NCBI GenBank assembly: GCA_963742385.1
Contig: CAVULS010000004.1
Coordinates: 89,747 to 153,746 of the forward strand
Origin: an uncultured Alphaproteobacteria bacterium
GTDB taxonomy: Bacteria > Pseudomonadota > Alphaproteobacteria > Rhizobiales > Xanthobacteraceae
Reading direction: 5' to 3'
DNA length: 64,000 nucleotides
A program made the position numbers and the translations under genes. Below are positions 1 through 12,473 of the stretch, one piece after another (positions within the stretch are counted from its first letter, which is position 1; each line of letters begins with the position of its first letter). Below the pieces are notes generated by a model. The model was not told where the DNA came from. It saw only the letters and a program-made list of their open reading frames with translations, and searched no databases.

Positions 1-877
1 CCGATCCACCGGTCAAAACACTGCCATAAATCGCTTTGATTCGCTCAGCATCTGCAATCCGGGTATTGAGCCCGCGGGCGAGGTCCATGGTCACGTGGTA
101 GCCGCCGAGGGCGAAACCGTCGGCATGGACGAATCGCCCGCCCGAAAATACCGCCAAAGTGGTGGTACCGGCGCCCAATTCGATGCAGGCGGCGCCGAGA
201 TCGGCCTCGTCGTCGGCCAGCACCGAAAGCCCGGCCATATAGGGCGAGGCGACCATGGCCTCGATGCCGACATGGCTGCGCTCGACGCTGAGCATCAGGT
301 TGCGCACGGTGGCGACGTCGGTCGTCACCATGTGCATGTTGACGCCGAAGCGGCGGCCGAGCATGCCGCGCGGCTCGCGGATGCCGGTGGTGGCGTCGAG
401 CGAATAGCCGATCGGCAGTGAATGCAGCACGGCGCGGCCGTCGCGCACCGAATGCCGGCTGGCGGCGGCGAGCACGCGGGCGATGTCGCCATCGGTCACC
501 GCGCCGCGGGAGAGATCGATATTGGCGACGAAACGCTCGCTGCCGATGCGGCCGCCGGATAATGATACCACCACCGATTCCAGCTGCACGCCGGCGTCGC
601 TCTCGGCGATGTCGATGGCGTGGCGGATCATCTCTTCCACCTCGACCAGATCGACGACGCTGCCGGCTTTCATGCCGCTCGCCGCGATATGGCTGAAGCC
701 GAGCACGCGCACGCCGTGGCTGCGCCGGCGCAGCACCTCCTGCGGCCCCTGCGGCTCGAGCTTGGCGATGAGGCAGACGATCTTGCTGGTGCCGACGTCG
801 AGAGCGGCGACCACCGCGGAGCGAGTGGGCGACACCGGCTTCATCTTCGGGGTGAGACCGAGATGGATCACGGTCAC
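1..877 (-). CDS. ftsA: Cell division protein FtsA (truncated by window edge)
   Basis: Read by hand from GTG at 877: MTVIHLGLTPKMKP..ALDVGTSKIVCLIA...GGYHVTMDLARGL..AERIK; overlaps the ftsQ stop; no stop inside the window, so absent from the ORF track. Confidence 0.95.
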   Translation of the reverse strand, partial: MTVIHLGLTPKMKPVSPTRSAVVAALDVGTSKIVCLIAKLEPQGPQEVLRRRSHGVRVLGFSHIAASGMKAGSVVDLVEVEEMIRHAIDIAESDAGVQLESVVVSLSGGRIGSERFVANIDLSRGAVTDGDIARVLAAASRHSVRDGRAVLHSLPIGYSLDATTGIREPRGMLGRRFGVNMHMVTTDVATVRNLMLSVERSHVGIEAMVASPYMAGLSVLADDEADLGAACIELGAGTTTLAVFSGGRFVHADGFALGGYHVTMDLARGLNTRIADAERIKAIYGSVLTGGS

Positions 878-1854
878 GCCTCACCGCCTTTCTTCTTCTT
901 GGCGGCTTTCTCGGCTGCCTTCAGCGCCTCATCGCGCGCCGCGGCGGCGGCATCGGACTGGCGCACGGTGACGCGGTCGGGCAGCCGCAGATCGACGGCG
1001 ACGATGTCGCGCGACAGCAGTTTCTGGGCGCGGTCGAGATCGACCAGGATTTGCAGCGCTTTTTCCGGCGCGATCTCCGGCAGCAGCACCTCGATGCCGT
1101 CGCTCAAACGCAGGTTCCAGCGCCGCTCGGCGACCAGCACCGACGCGGTGACCTTGCGGGCGATGTCGGGGTATTGGGCGGTGAGCGCGAGCAATTGCTT
1201 TGCCTCATGCTCGGCGCCCCGCCCGACCACCAGCGGCAGCGACGAAAACTGCGCCGGCACAGTTGGCTCGAGCACGGTGCCGTCGGCGGCAATCAGCGCG
1301 ACGCGGCCATTCCTCTGCCACTGCGCGAAGCCCGCGCGCTCCTTGATGCCGATGCGCAGGCGGCTGGGATAAAGCTTAAGGACGGTTGCTTCGGCGATCC
1401 AAGGATTGGCGAGCAAACGGGCGCGCGTGTGGGCGGCGTCAAGGAACAGAAGCGACGAACGGCCGGTAATGCCGGCCAGACGCAAAATATCTTCGCGGCC
1501 GAGCTGGTGCTGGCCGGCGAGCGCGACTTCGGAAATGTGAAAACCTGCGGCATTCGCCGCCGTGTCGGCGAAATCCTGCACCTGCGCGACGATTTCGTCC
1601 AAGTGGCCGCCCTTGACCACGCCGTAGCCGACGCTCGCCGCAATCAACAGAGCGGCGGCCAGCGGCCCGGCACCGCGCGGCGGGTGCGTTTCGATGACGG
1701 GTCCAAGCCAGCGGCGGCCAAACCGGCGCCAGCGCGACAGCACCGGCGATGATAAAATGACCCGCATTCTCCGAGCGGCCGGGCCGCGTCGTCGCGCCTT
1801 CGGCTTCAGCGGTCGAGCGAGGCGTCGTTGATCTTTCGCGACCGGTTCAGCCAA
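874..1854 (-). CDS. ftsQ: Cell division protein FtsQ (start uncertain)
   Basis: Single TM, POTRA-like region, RRWNL and VDLRLPDR motifs; between ddl and ftsA. Confidence 0.92.
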   Translation of the reverse strand: MAEPVAKDQRRLARPLKPKARRRGPAARRMRVILSSPVLSRWRRFGRRWLGPVIETHPPRGAGPLAAALLIAASVGYGVVKGGHLDEIVAQVQDFADTAANAAGFHISEVALAGQHQLGREDILRLAGITGRSSLLFLDAAHTRARLLANPWIAEATVLKLYPSRLRIGIKERAGFAQWQRNGRVALIAADGTVLEPTVPAQFSSLPLVVGRGAEHEAKQLLALTAQYPDIARKVTASVLVAERRWNLRLSDGIEVLLPEIAPEKALQILVDLDRAQKLLSRDIVAVDLRLPDRVTVRQSDAAAAARDEALKAAEKAAKKKKGGEA

Positions 1855-1959
1855 GACCCCTCGTCCCTTCGGCGCCTATGTCGTCGATGATGCGTGCGCA
1901 CGCGCAAAACCATGGCGAAACGCGCGAAATGCCGCCAAAGCCTAGTCTTCGGGGCAATA

Positions 1960-1976
1960 GGTAAATGATTAGTAAA
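1960..1976 (-). promoter_or_regulatory. Candidate CtrA site upstream of ftsQA
   Basis: Minus strand TTTA-CTAATCA-TTTAC versus consensus TTAA-N7-TTAAC, in an AT-rich gap; ftsQA is CtrA-controlled in Caulobacter. Confidence 0.5.
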
Positions 1977-2007
1977 GGTTTACGGATTTTAACGGCCACG
2001 GGCGCCC

Positions 2008-2929
<922 letters not shown>

Positions 2930-3078
2930 TTTGCTCTTTAGCGCCTATCGCTTGCTGCGCCCTGATTCGTTTCCGCACCAATAGAATCGAGAATGGCCGC
3001 GGCGTCGAGCATTTCGGTGGCGGGTTGAACCCGGCCGATTACATTGCACCAACCGCCTTGCCACGGCATCATCGCGGC

Positions 3079-3657
3079 ATGTGGGCAATCCGCTTGTTGG
3101 CGCTTGTGCTGCTGCTCTCGCTCCCGGGCGCGTTCTTGCGCGCCGCCGACCCGGCACCTTTGCCGCCAATGGCCGGCGCCAGCGAGGCCGCCGCCAAGCA
3201 ACGCGTCGAGCTGTTCGCCGAACTGGCGGCAGCCAAGGACGAAGCGGATGCGCGCGCGATCGAACAAAAGATCTGGAAATTCTGGCTGAGCTTTGCCGAC
3301 GCCAACTCGCGGGAAATGCTCGAGGAGTCGCGAAAGGCGCAACTGCGTTTCGACTATGACGAGGCGCTCATTTACATGAAGGCGCTGGTCGTGCACGCGC
3401 CGCAATTCGCCGAAGGATGGAATCAACTCGGCTATGTGCTTTTCCTTGCCGGGAAATATGACGCTTCGCTGGTCGCCATCGCGCAGACGCTTAAACTCGA
3501 GCCGATGCATTATGCCGCGCTTGCCGGACGCGGCATCATCCTCATCCAGCTGGGCAAGGATGCCGAGGCACAAGTGGCGCTCAAGCAGGCCTTGGCGATC
3601 GACCCGTGGCTGAAGGAACGGCGTCTGATCGACGGTTATAACGACCGAAAAATCTGA
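3079..3657 (+). CDS. Secreted TPR-repeat protein, antisense within dcw cluster
   Basis: Signal-like N-terminus, TPR patterns (AEGWNQLG, HYAALAGRG, ALAIDP). Confidence 0.8.
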   Translation: MWAIRLLALVLLLSLPGAFLRAADPAPLPPMAGASEAAAKQRVELFAELAAAKDEADARAIEQKIWKFWLSFADANSREMLEESRKAQLRFDYDEALIYMKALVVHAPQFAEGWNQLGYVLFLAGKYDASLVAIAQTLKLEPMHYAALAGRGIILIQLGKDAEAQVALKQALAIDPWLKERRLIDGYNDRKI

Positions 3658-3667
3658 TTTTCCCTCT

Positions 3668-3747
3668 GTCATGGCCGGGCTTGTCCCGGCCATCCACGCC
3701 TTTCCATGAGCTAAGACGTGGATGCCCGCGGCAGGCGCGGGCGTGAC
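3668..3747 (+). repeat. Palindromic element, family I
   Basis: GTCATGGCCGGGCTTGTCCCGGCCATCCACG...CGTGGATGCCCG..CGGGCGTGAC; homologous to 6094-6173 and 48019-48143. Confidence 0.9.
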
Positions 3748-3752
3748 GACTC

Positions 3753-4669
3753 TTACGACGTCACACCAATCCGCTTGATCTCCCATTCCAGCTCAACGCC
3801 GGAATGCTCCTTGACCCGCGCGCGCACGGTTTCGCCCAGCGTCTCGATGTCGGCGGCGCTGGCACCGTCGAGATTGATGAGAAAATTGCTGTGCAGGTCG
3901 GACACCTTGGCCTGCCCGACCTGCAAGCCGCGGCAGCCGGCCTCGTCGACCAGCTTCCAGGCGCTCAGCCCTGCCGGGTTCTTGAAGGTCGAGCCGCCGG
4001 TGCGGTTGCGCGGCTGGCTCGCTTCGCGCTTTTTCTTGATCTCGGCCATTTCGGCGGCAATCGCTTCTATCTCGCCGGCGCGGCCCTGAAACAGCGCCTG
4101 CGTGAAAATGACGTCTTCAGCAACACCGCAGTGGCGATAGGAAAAGCCCATCTCGGCATTGCTGAAGACGCGCGCATGGCCTTGCCGATCGACTCCGCGC
4201 GCCTCGATCAGCACGTCCTTGGTTTCGCCGCCATAGGCGCCGCCGTTCATGCGCAAGGCGCCGCCGATGGTGCCGGGAATACCGCTATAGAACGCCAAGC
4301 CGGCAACGCCGGCGTCGCGCGCCGCCCGCGCCACCATGACATCGAGCATGGCCGTGCCGGCGCGCAGGCGGAAACCATCCTCGACGGCGATATCGTTGAA
4401 GCCGCGGCCAAGCCGGATCACCACACCGGGCACGCCGCCGTCGCGCACGATGAGATTGGATCCGGCGCCGATGACGGTGACGGGAACCTCGGCCGGCAGA
4501 TTGCGCAGGACATAGGCGAGGTCGTCCTCGTCCTGCGGCATGAAATAGACCTGCGCCGGACCGCCGACGCGGAACCAGGTGAATTCGGCGAGCAACTGGT
4601 TGGCGAGCAGGCGGCCGCGCAATTCCGGCAGGCGCGCGCGCAAGTCGCGGGTGATGTCGGGAAACGCCA

Positions 4670-4670
<1 letters not shown>
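3753..4670 (-). CDS. murB: UDP-N-acetylmuramate dehydrogenase
   Basis: [45 protein letters not shown]. Confidence 0.97.
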
Positions 4671-6082
<1,412 letters not shown>

Positions 6083-6093
6083 GCGTTTACCCC

Positions 6094-6173
6094 CATGCCC
6101 GGGCTTGTCCCGGCCATCCACGTCTTAATTGCGGCAACAAGGCGTGGATGCCCGGCACAAGGCCGGGCATGAC
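6094..6173 (+). repeat. Palindromic element, family I
   Basis: CATGCCCGGGCTTGTCCCGGCCATCCACGTC...CGTGGATGCCCGGCACAAGGCCGGGCATGAC, 11 nt upstream of murC ATG. Confidence 0.9.
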
Positions 6174-6269
6174 AAAAAAAGTCAATTCCCCGCCATTTTC
6201 AACGTTAGCCTTTCCATCCGAGGCCAATTAATACGGTGCCTCCCGCCGGACCAAGCCGAACACCCCCTA

Positions 6270-7127
6270 ATGACTCAATCGATCGCCTTCGCCGTCGTTG
6301 CGATGATCTGTTACGGTCTTTCCGACTTCGTCTACAAGCGGGCGGCCGCCGCCGGCATCCGCGCCGACCGCTTCCTGGCGGGGCAAGCATGGCCGTTTTT
6401 TCCCCTGGTGACGATTTACGCGATCCTCACCCATACGCTCGTCCTGACGCCTGCGGCGCTCTGGGGCTCGGTCGCCGGCGCCTTCATCTTCACCGGTTTC
6501 TATTTTTTCATCCGCAGCCTCAGCACCGGCGCGGTCAGCACCAATGCGTCGATCTTCCGCATGAACTTCGTCGTCACAGTTTTTCTCGTGATTATCGTTC
6601 TGGGCGAACCGGCAACGCTCGGCAAGATAATAGGGCTTGCGCTTGCCCTGCTCGCCACATGGCTCCTGATCGGCGGCGGTGACACTGCCGCCGACATCCG
6701 TAGCGACGCGCGACGCCGCTCGCTCATTCAGGTGGCGATCGCAACGCTCGCATTTGGCGCATCGACGTTCTTCCACACACTCGGGCTGCGTCGCGGCGTG
6801 CCGCCGGAAACGCTCGCGGTCGCACAGACGGTAATGTTCATGCCCCTCGCCACAGCCGTGGTCTACGTCACGGATCGCACAATCGTGCCGCCGCTCCCGG
6901 CGCTGAAATACGGCGCGATCACTGCCGTGCTTTTGTTCGGCGCCACCATTTTCCTGCTGCACGGCATTGCCATCGGCCAGGCCAGCGTCCTCGTGCCCAT
7001 CGCGCAGATGGGGTTTCTGGTCGCGGCGCTGCTCGGAATTTTCGTTCTGCGCGAACCTGTCACTTTGCGCAAAGCCATCGGCCTTGCCGCGGCGCTGGCG
7101 GCACTTGGTGTGCTAGCCACCAGTTAA
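6270..7127 (+). CDS. EamA/DMT family membrane transporter, antisense within dcw cluster
   Basis: About 10 hydrophobic segments in two repeats ending LGEPAT / LREPVT. Confidence 0.85.
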   Translation: MTQSIAFAVVAMICYGLSDFVYKRAAAAGIRADRFLAGQAWPFFPLVTIYAILTHTLVLTPAALWGSVAGAFIFTGFYFFIRSLSTGAVSTNASIFRMNFVVTVFLVIIVLGEPATLGKIIGLALALLATWLLIGGGDTAADIRSDARRRSLIQVAIATLAFGASTFFHTLGLRRGVPPETLAVAQTVMFMPLATAVVYVTDRTIVPPLPALKYGAITAVLLFGATIFLLHGIAIGQASVLVPIAQMGFLVAALLGIFVLREPVTLRKAIGLAAALAALGVLATS

Positions 7128-8239
7128 GCGAGGCGGCTTGTAGATGCCGCCACGTTCATCACCACCTCCGCCAGCCGCTCGGCGGCATCGACGGTGCCGG
7201 CGGCTTTCGCGCCTTGCGCCATGTGCACAAGCCGCAAAGGATCGGCGGCGAGCGTCGCGATCTCGGCGGCGAGGCGCTGCGGCGTGAAATTGCCCTGCTC
7301 GATCATGATGGCGCCGCCCGCCGCAGCCAGCACGCCGGCATTGGCTTTCTGGTCCTGATCCAGCGCATGCGGCAGCGGCACCAGGATGGCGGGCCGGCCG
7401 ATGGCGGACAGCTCGGCGACGGTCGAGGCGCCGGAGCGCGAGACGATAAGATGCGCCGCGGCCATGCGCGCCGGCAGGTCGGTGAAGAACGGCGCACATT
7501 CGGCGGCAACGCCAAGCCGGGCGTAAGTCGCCCGCACAGAATCAAGGTCTTCCGCGCGCGCCTGCTGCACGATCGACAGCCGCGCACGCAGAGCCGGATC
7601 AAGCCGCTCGATCGCTGCCGGCACGATCTCGGCCATGACGCGGGCGCCCTGGCTGCCGCCGAAGACAAGGAGGCGCAGCTGCCCGCCGGCCTCCGGCGTT
7701 GCATAGGGCGTCGCCGCCGCGGCAACGACCTGCGGGCGTACCGGATTGCCGGTGAATGCGATTTTGGACTGCCAGCGCGCATCAAGGCGCGCGAGCGTCG
7801 GAAAGCCGGTGGCGATCCTGGTGACGCGCGACGCGAGCAAACGATTGGCGCGGCCCATGACGCCGTTCTGCTCGTGCAGCACCGTCGGCACGCCGCGCAA
7901 GGACGCGGCGATGAGCGGCGGCACCGTCGGATAGCCGCCGAAGCCGACAACCACCGACGGCCGGATGCGGCCGATCAGCGCCCAGGCCTTGGCGATGCCG
8001 AGTGCCAGCAGCGCCGCCGTCCGCGCCAGCGCGACGGGATTGCCGCCGCGCACGGTGGCGCTGGGAATGAGGTGAACCGCACGGGCGGAAAACTGGAAAT
8101 GCACAGCGCGCGCGTCGGTCGCAAGTTCGATCACGGCGCCACGCTTCTGCAGCGCGATGGCCAGCGCCTCGGCGGGAAACAGATGACCGCCGGTGCCGCC
8201 GGCCGCAAGCAGAATGAGATTGTTGCTATCGCCCACCAT
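7124..8239 (-). CDS. murG: MurG glycosyltransferase
   Basis: AGGTGGHLFPA, GFGGY, HEQN, GNPVR, GGSQGA, SRSGAST. Confidence 0.97.
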   Translation of the reverse strand: MVGDSNNLILLAAGGTGGHLFPAEALAIALQKRGAVIELATDARAVHFQFSARAVHLIPSATVRGGNPVALARTAALLALGIAKAWALIGRIRPSVVVGFGGYPTVPPLIAASLRGVPTVLHEQNGVMGRANRLLASRVTRIATGFPTLARLDARWQSKIAFTGNPVRPQVVAAAATPYATPEAGGQLRLLVFGGSQGARVMAEIVPAAIERLDPALRARLSIVQQARAEDLDSVRATYARLGVAAECAPFFTDLPARMAAAHLIVSRSGASTVAELSAIGRPAILVPLPHALDQDQKANAGVLAAAGGAIMIEQGNFTPQRLAAEIATLAADPLRLVHMAQGAKAAGTVDAAERLAEVVMNVAASTSRLA

Positions 8240-8257
8240 TTTTTCAGGACTCACTCC

Positions 8258-8354
8258 GTCATCCTGAGGTGCGAGCGAAGCGAGCCTCGAAGGATGAACG
8301 GCCCGGACCGTCGCCCTTCGAGGCTCGCCGCTAAAGCGGCTCGCTCAGGGTGAT
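8258..8354 (+). repeat. Palindromic element, family II
   Basis: GTCATCCTGAGG..CTCGAAGGATG..CCTTCGAGG..CTCAGGGTGAT; related to 48951-49047 and 52016-52119. Confidence 0.88.
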
Positions 8355-8365
8355 AGGCCAAAGTC

Positions 8366-9517
8366 TCACACGCTGCTGCCGGCGCCCGCAAGCTCCGGCG
8401 CCGACATCATCGCCGCACGCGGCTGCTCGCGGGTCAGCGCCAGCAGCATGCCCATGGCATACGCCAGCGAGATCATCGAGGAGCCGCCGTAGGAGATGAA
8501 CGGCAAGGTCATGCCCTTGGCCGGGATCAGATGCAGGTTCACGGCCATGTTGATCGCCGATTGTGTCCCGAACAGGATGGCGAGGCCGGCGGCGGCAAAG
8601 CGCGTGAAGGCGTCGTCGTTGCGCAACGCGCGGGCGAGCGCGCGGATGACGATGAAGGCGTAAAGCGCGACCAGCGCCAGGCACAGCGCGACGCCGAATT
8701 CCTCGGCCGCCACCGCGAAGACGAAATCGGTGTGGCTCTCGGGCAGCAGCCGCTTCACCGTGCCCTCGCCCGGGCCTTTGCCGAACCAGCCGCCGCGCAT
8801 GAAGCTCTCGGTGGCGATGTCGATGTTGAAGGTGTCGCCGGATGCCGGATCGAGGAAGCGCTGAATGCGCCGCGCCACGTGCGGCACGGTGTAATAGGCG
8901 GCGGTGAGACCGACGGCGGCAAGGCCGGCGAGCCCGAACACCCAGAACAGCCGCATGCCGGCCATGAAGAACAGCGCGCTCCAAACGAGCACGACGAGCA
9001 TCGTCTGGCCGAAGTCCGGCTGCATCACCAGCAGCGCCACGACGAGCAGCAGCAGCGCCAGTGAAAACGCGTTCGCCGGCATATCCGGGCGCTTCGCCGA
9101 TTCACCGAACAGCCAGGCGACGAGAATGACGAAAGCCGGCTTCAAGAATTCCGAGGGCTGGATGTTGACGCCGAGGATCACCAGCCAGCGCTTGGCGCCC
9201 TTGATCTCCTGGCCGAAATAGGGCGTCGCCGCCACCATGATCAGGCTGACAATGAACACGATCAGCGACAGGCGGCGGATCTGCTGCGGATTGAGGAACG
9301 ACACCGCCAGCATGATGGCGATGGTCGGGATGAGATAGAGAATATGCCGGTCGACGAAGAAAAACGGATCGAGGCCGAGCCGTCCGGCGACCGGCGGGCT
9401 GGCGGCGAGCGACAGCACCACGCCGGCAAGCATCAGCGCGCCGATGGCGGCGAGCGTCAGGCGGTCGACGGTCCACCACCATTCGCCAAAGGGCGTGCGA
9501 TGCGTGCGCGAAATCAT
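8366..9517 (-). CDS. ftsW: FtsW SEDS glycosyltransferase
   Basis: GAKRW, QPSEFLK, QPDFGQT, LPESHTDF, KGMTLPFISYGGSS. Confidence 0.97.
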   Translation of the reverse strand: MISRTHRTPFGEWWWTVDRLTLAAIGALMLAGVVLSLAASPPVAGRLGLDPFFFVDRHILYLIPTIAIMLAVSFLNPQQIRRLSLIVFIVSLIMVAATPYFGQEIKGAKRWLVILGVNIQPSEFLKPAFVILVAWLFGESAKRPDMPANAFSLALLLLVVALLVMQPDFGQTMLVVLVWSALFFMAGMRLFWVFGLAGLAAVGLTAAYYTVPHVARRIQRFLDPASGDTFNIDIATESFMRGGWFGKGPGEGTVKRLLPESHTDFVFAVAAEEFGVALCLALVALYAFIVIRALARALRNDDAFTRFAAAGLAILFGTQSAINMAVNLHLIPAKGMTLPFISYGGSSMISLAYAMGMLLALTREQPRAAMMSAPELAGAGSSV

Positions 9518-9556
9518 TGAGCCGGTCCCCGTCCGGCCTGAAGCTGACGCGTCACG

Positions 9557-9572
9557 GTTTACGAAGCATTAA
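9557..9572 (-). promoter_or_regulatory. Candidate CtrA site upstream of ftsW
   Basis: Minus strand TTAA-TGCTTCG-TAAAC (N7 spacing). Confidence 0.6.
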
Positions 9573-9601
9573 TGCTGAGTTTTTCGCGCGCAGTGCGCAC
9601 C

Positions 9602-10996
9602 TTACGCGGTGACGCCGGGAAGGCTCTGCACCAGGTCGGTAAAGGCCTGGCCGCGCACTTCGAAATTCCGGTACTGGTCGAACGAGGCGCAGGCCGGCGA
9701 CAGCAGCACCACCGCCTCCTTGAGGCCCGATGCTTCCGCGTCACGCGCGGCAGCGGCGACGGCGGCCGACAGGATCCCCGCAATCTCGTAGGGCGCCTTG
9801 CCGCTGAGCGTGACCGCGAAATCGGCGGCTGCCTCGCCGATCAGATAGGCCTTGCGGATGCGCGGGAAGAATTCGGCGAGGCCCGCAATGCCGCCGGTCT
9901 TCGGCTTGCCGCCGGCGATCCAGAAAATGTCGTGAAAGCTCGCCAGTGCCTTAGCCGCAGAGTCGGCGTTGGTGGCTTTCGAATCGTTGACGAAGAGCAC
10001 ATTGCCCTTGCGACCGACCTGCTGCATGCGATGGGCGAGCCCGGGAAAAGTCGCCAACCCCTGCTGGATCGCCGGCAGATCGAGGCCGAGCGCAAGACAG
10101 GCGGCGGCCGCGCAAGCGGCGTTCTGCGCATTGTGCTCGCCGCGCAGCGAGCCGATGCCGGCAAGCTGCGCGACCACATCGGCTTTGCCGCCGGCCGCAC
10201 GGACAATGCGCGTGCCTTCGGCGTAGAGCCCGTCGCGCAGCGGCCCTTTCACTGATACGCGCACGATCGTCCTACCGGCGCGCTCGATGCGGGACGCCGC
10301 GTCGCGCGTGTAGTCATCGTCGACGGAAACGACAGCGGTGCCGCCCGGCTCGACCGCCGCCGGCACCAGCGCCTTGAGCGCGGCGTAGTTCTCCATGGTG
10401 CCGTGACGGTCAAGGTGGTCTTCGGAGACATTGAGCAAGATGCCGACACTCGGATGCAGCGAGGGCGCAAGGTCGACCTGATAGGAGGACACTTCGAGCA
10501 CGTAGATGCGGCCGGGCGCGAAAGGCGCGAGCGCCAACACCGGCACGCCGATATTGCCGCCCATCTGCACGTCGCGGCCGGCATTGGCGAGGATGTGGGC
10601 AACAAGCGCCGTGGTGGTCGATTTGCCGTTGGTGCCGGTGATGGCGACAAGCGGGCAATTCAGGCGCGAGGCCGCACGTTGCCGGCAGAACAGCTCGATA
10701 TCACCGATGATATCGACTTCGGCTTTGTGTGCGAGCGTCACGCTCCAGTGCGGAACCGGATGGGTCAGCGGCACGCCCGGTGCCAGCACCAGCGCGGCAA
10801 TCGTCGACCAGTCGGCCTCGCGCAAATCCTGCACGGTCAGGGCGGCCGCTTGCGCGTTGGCGCGGCTTTTCTCGTCGTCGTCGTAGACGATGACCCTGGC
10901 GCCGCCCTTGATCAGCGCGCCCGCGGCCAACAGGCCGGACTTGCCGAGACCGAAAATCGCGACGGTCTTGCCGGCGAAGGTCGTGATCGGGATCAT
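9602..10996 (-). CDS. murD: UDP-MurNAc-L-Ala--D-glutamate ligase
   Basis: [34 protein letters not shown]. Confidence 0.97.
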   Translation of the reverse strand: MIPITTFAGKTVAIFGLGKSGLLAAGALIKGGARVIVYDDDEKSRANAQAAALTVQDLREADWSTIAALVLAPGVPLTHPVPHWSVTLAHKAEVDIIGDIELFCRQRAASRLNCPLVAITGTNGKSTTTALVAHILANAGRDVQMGGNIGVPVLALAPFAPGRIYVLEVSSYQVDLAPSLHPSVGILLNVSEDHLDRHGTMENYAALKALVPAAVEPGGTAVVSVDDDYTRDAASRIERAGRTIVRVSVKGPLRDGLYAEGTRIVRAAGGKADVVAQLAGIGSLRGEHNAQNAACAAAACLALGLDLPAIQQGLATFPGLAHRMQQVGRKGNVLFVNDSKATNADSAAKALASFHDIFWIAGGKPKTGGIAGLAEFFPRIRKAYLIGEAAADFAVTLSGKAPYEIAGILSAAVAAAARDAEASGLKEAVVLLSPACASFDQYRNFEVRGQAFTDLVQSLPGVTA

Positions 10997-11292
10997 CGTT
11001 TTCGCGTCGGCCGCTTGCGGGCGCTCGACGCGCCGACCACGGCCGCCGTCACATCGGACGGCGCGACCGGAATGATTTCAAAATCCGCCAGGTCGCGCCA
11101 CTCGGCGATCCACTGCATCAGCAGCGCGATATCGTCGCATTCCATGACCTGAAAGCAGCGGGCAAAATTCGGCTCGATCCAGCTGCCATGATATTTCAGG
11201 CCATCCGGCGCCATGCGTCCCTTGGCGCGAAACCGCGCATAGACCGGGGCCGGATCGCGGCCCTTGAAGTGCTCGATCACCATGAAAAGCAT
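10993..11292 (-). CDS. Small DUF3303-like protein between mraY and murD
   Basis: [21 protein letters not shown]....SW.....RCFQVMEC; stop overlaps murD start (ATGA). Confidence 0.75.
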   Translation of the reverse strand: MLFMVIEHFKGRDPAPVYARFRAKGRMAPDGLKYHGSWIEPNFARCFQVMECDDIALLMQWIAEWRDLADFEIIPVAPSDVTAAVVGASSARKRPTRKR

Positions 11293-11309
11293 CGCCGCTG
11301 TCCCGCCGC

Positions 11310-12395
11310 TCAGCGCAACTTCAGCGAGGCGAGGCCCGCCAGCGCCAGCACCACGGCGACGATCCAGAAGCGGATCACGATCTGCGGCTCGGTCCAGCCG
11401 AGCTGCTCGTAGTGGTGATGGATCGGCGCCATCTTGAACACCCGCTTGCCGGTAAGCTTGAAGGAGATCACCTGCACGATCACCGACACCGCCTCAAGCA
11501 CGAAAAGGCCGCCGATGATGGCGAGCACGATCTCATGCTTGATCGCAACCGCCACCGCGCCGAGCAGGCCGCCAAGCGAGAGCGAGCCGGTGTCGCCCAT
11601 GAAGATCGAGGCCGGCGGCGCGTTGAACCAGAGGAAGCCGAGGCTCGCGCCGATCACCGCGCCGCAGACCACCGACAATTCGCCGGTGCCGGCGACATAA
11701 TGGATTTGCAGATATTCGGAAAACAAGGTGTTGCCGACCAGATAGGAGATGAGCCCGAAGCTCGCCGCCGCGATCATCACCGGGACGATGGCCAGGCCGT
11801 CGAGACCGTCGGTGAGGTTGACCGCATTGCCCGCGCCGACAATGACGAAGGTGCCGAACAGCACGAAGGCCCAGCCGAGATTGATCGACAGCTCCTTGAA
11901 GAACGGAAACACCAGCGACGTGGCGATCGGCCCGCGGCCAAGATACGCAAAGGCCATGCAGGCGACGACGGCGACAAGAGCTTCGGCCGTGAGGCGGGTG
12001 CGGCCGGAAAAGCCGACGTTACTCTGCTTGGTTATTTTCAGGTAATCGTCGTAGAAGCCGATGAGCCCGAAGGCGAGCGTCACCCCGAGCACGATCCACA
12101 CATAGGGGTTCATCGGGTTCGCCCAGAGCAGCGTCGACACCAGCAAGCCCGACAGGATCATCAGGCCGCCCATGGTCGGCGTGCCCTTCTTGGTGATGAG
12201 GTGCGATTGCGGACCGTCGAGCCGGATCGGCTGACCCTTGCCCTGCCGTTCCCGCAACGCCTCGATGATCGGGCCGCCGAACAGGAACACAAAGACCAGC
12301 GCGGTGACGATGGCGCCGCCGGTGCGGAACGTGATGTAACGGAAGACGTTGAGGAAGGTGAGCTTGTCGGAGAGCTCGGTCAGCCAATAAAACAT
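11310..12395 (-). CDS. mraY: Phospho-MurNAc-pentapeptide transferase
   Basis: [34 protein letters not shown]. Confidence 0.98.
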   Translation of the reverse strand: MFYWLTELSDKLTFLNVFRYITFRTGGAIVTALVFVFLFGGPIIEALRERQGKGQPIRLDGPQSHLITKKGTPTMGGLMILSGLLVSTLLWANPMNPYVWIVLGVTLAFGLIGFYDDYLKITKQSNVGFSGRTRLTAEALVAVVACMAFAYLGRGPIATSLVFPFFKELSINLGWAFVLFGTFVIVGAGNAVNLTDGLDGLAIVPVMIAAASFGLISYLVGNTLFSEYLQIHYVAGTGELSVVCGAVIGASLGFLWFNAPPASIFMGDTGSLSLGGLLGAVAVAIKHEIVLAIIGGLFVLEAVSVIVQVISFKLTGKRVFKMAPIHHHYEQLGWTEPQIVIRFWIVAVVLALAGLASLKLR

Positions 12396-12422
12396 CGAAT
12401 CAGCCTAGCCCGTTATTTCCTG

Positions 12423-12473
12423 GCGCATGATCTCCTCCGAAAACCGGTTCCCACTTTTCGGGATCACGCGCTA
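12423..12473. repeat. Short palindromic element, family V, starting at the murF stop
   Basis: Minus strand TAGCGCGTGATCCCGAAAAGTGGGAACCGGTTTTCGGAGGAGATCATGCGC; resembles rhizobial/Brucella intergenic repeats from recollection; single copy in window. Confidence 0.7.

Noticed and set aside
6083-6121. N-terminal extensions on MurC (MDGRDKPGH), TadA (MPRIKPG) and XseA derived from repeats
   Set aside because: Conventional starts lie downstream and nothing shows the repeat-derived starts are used
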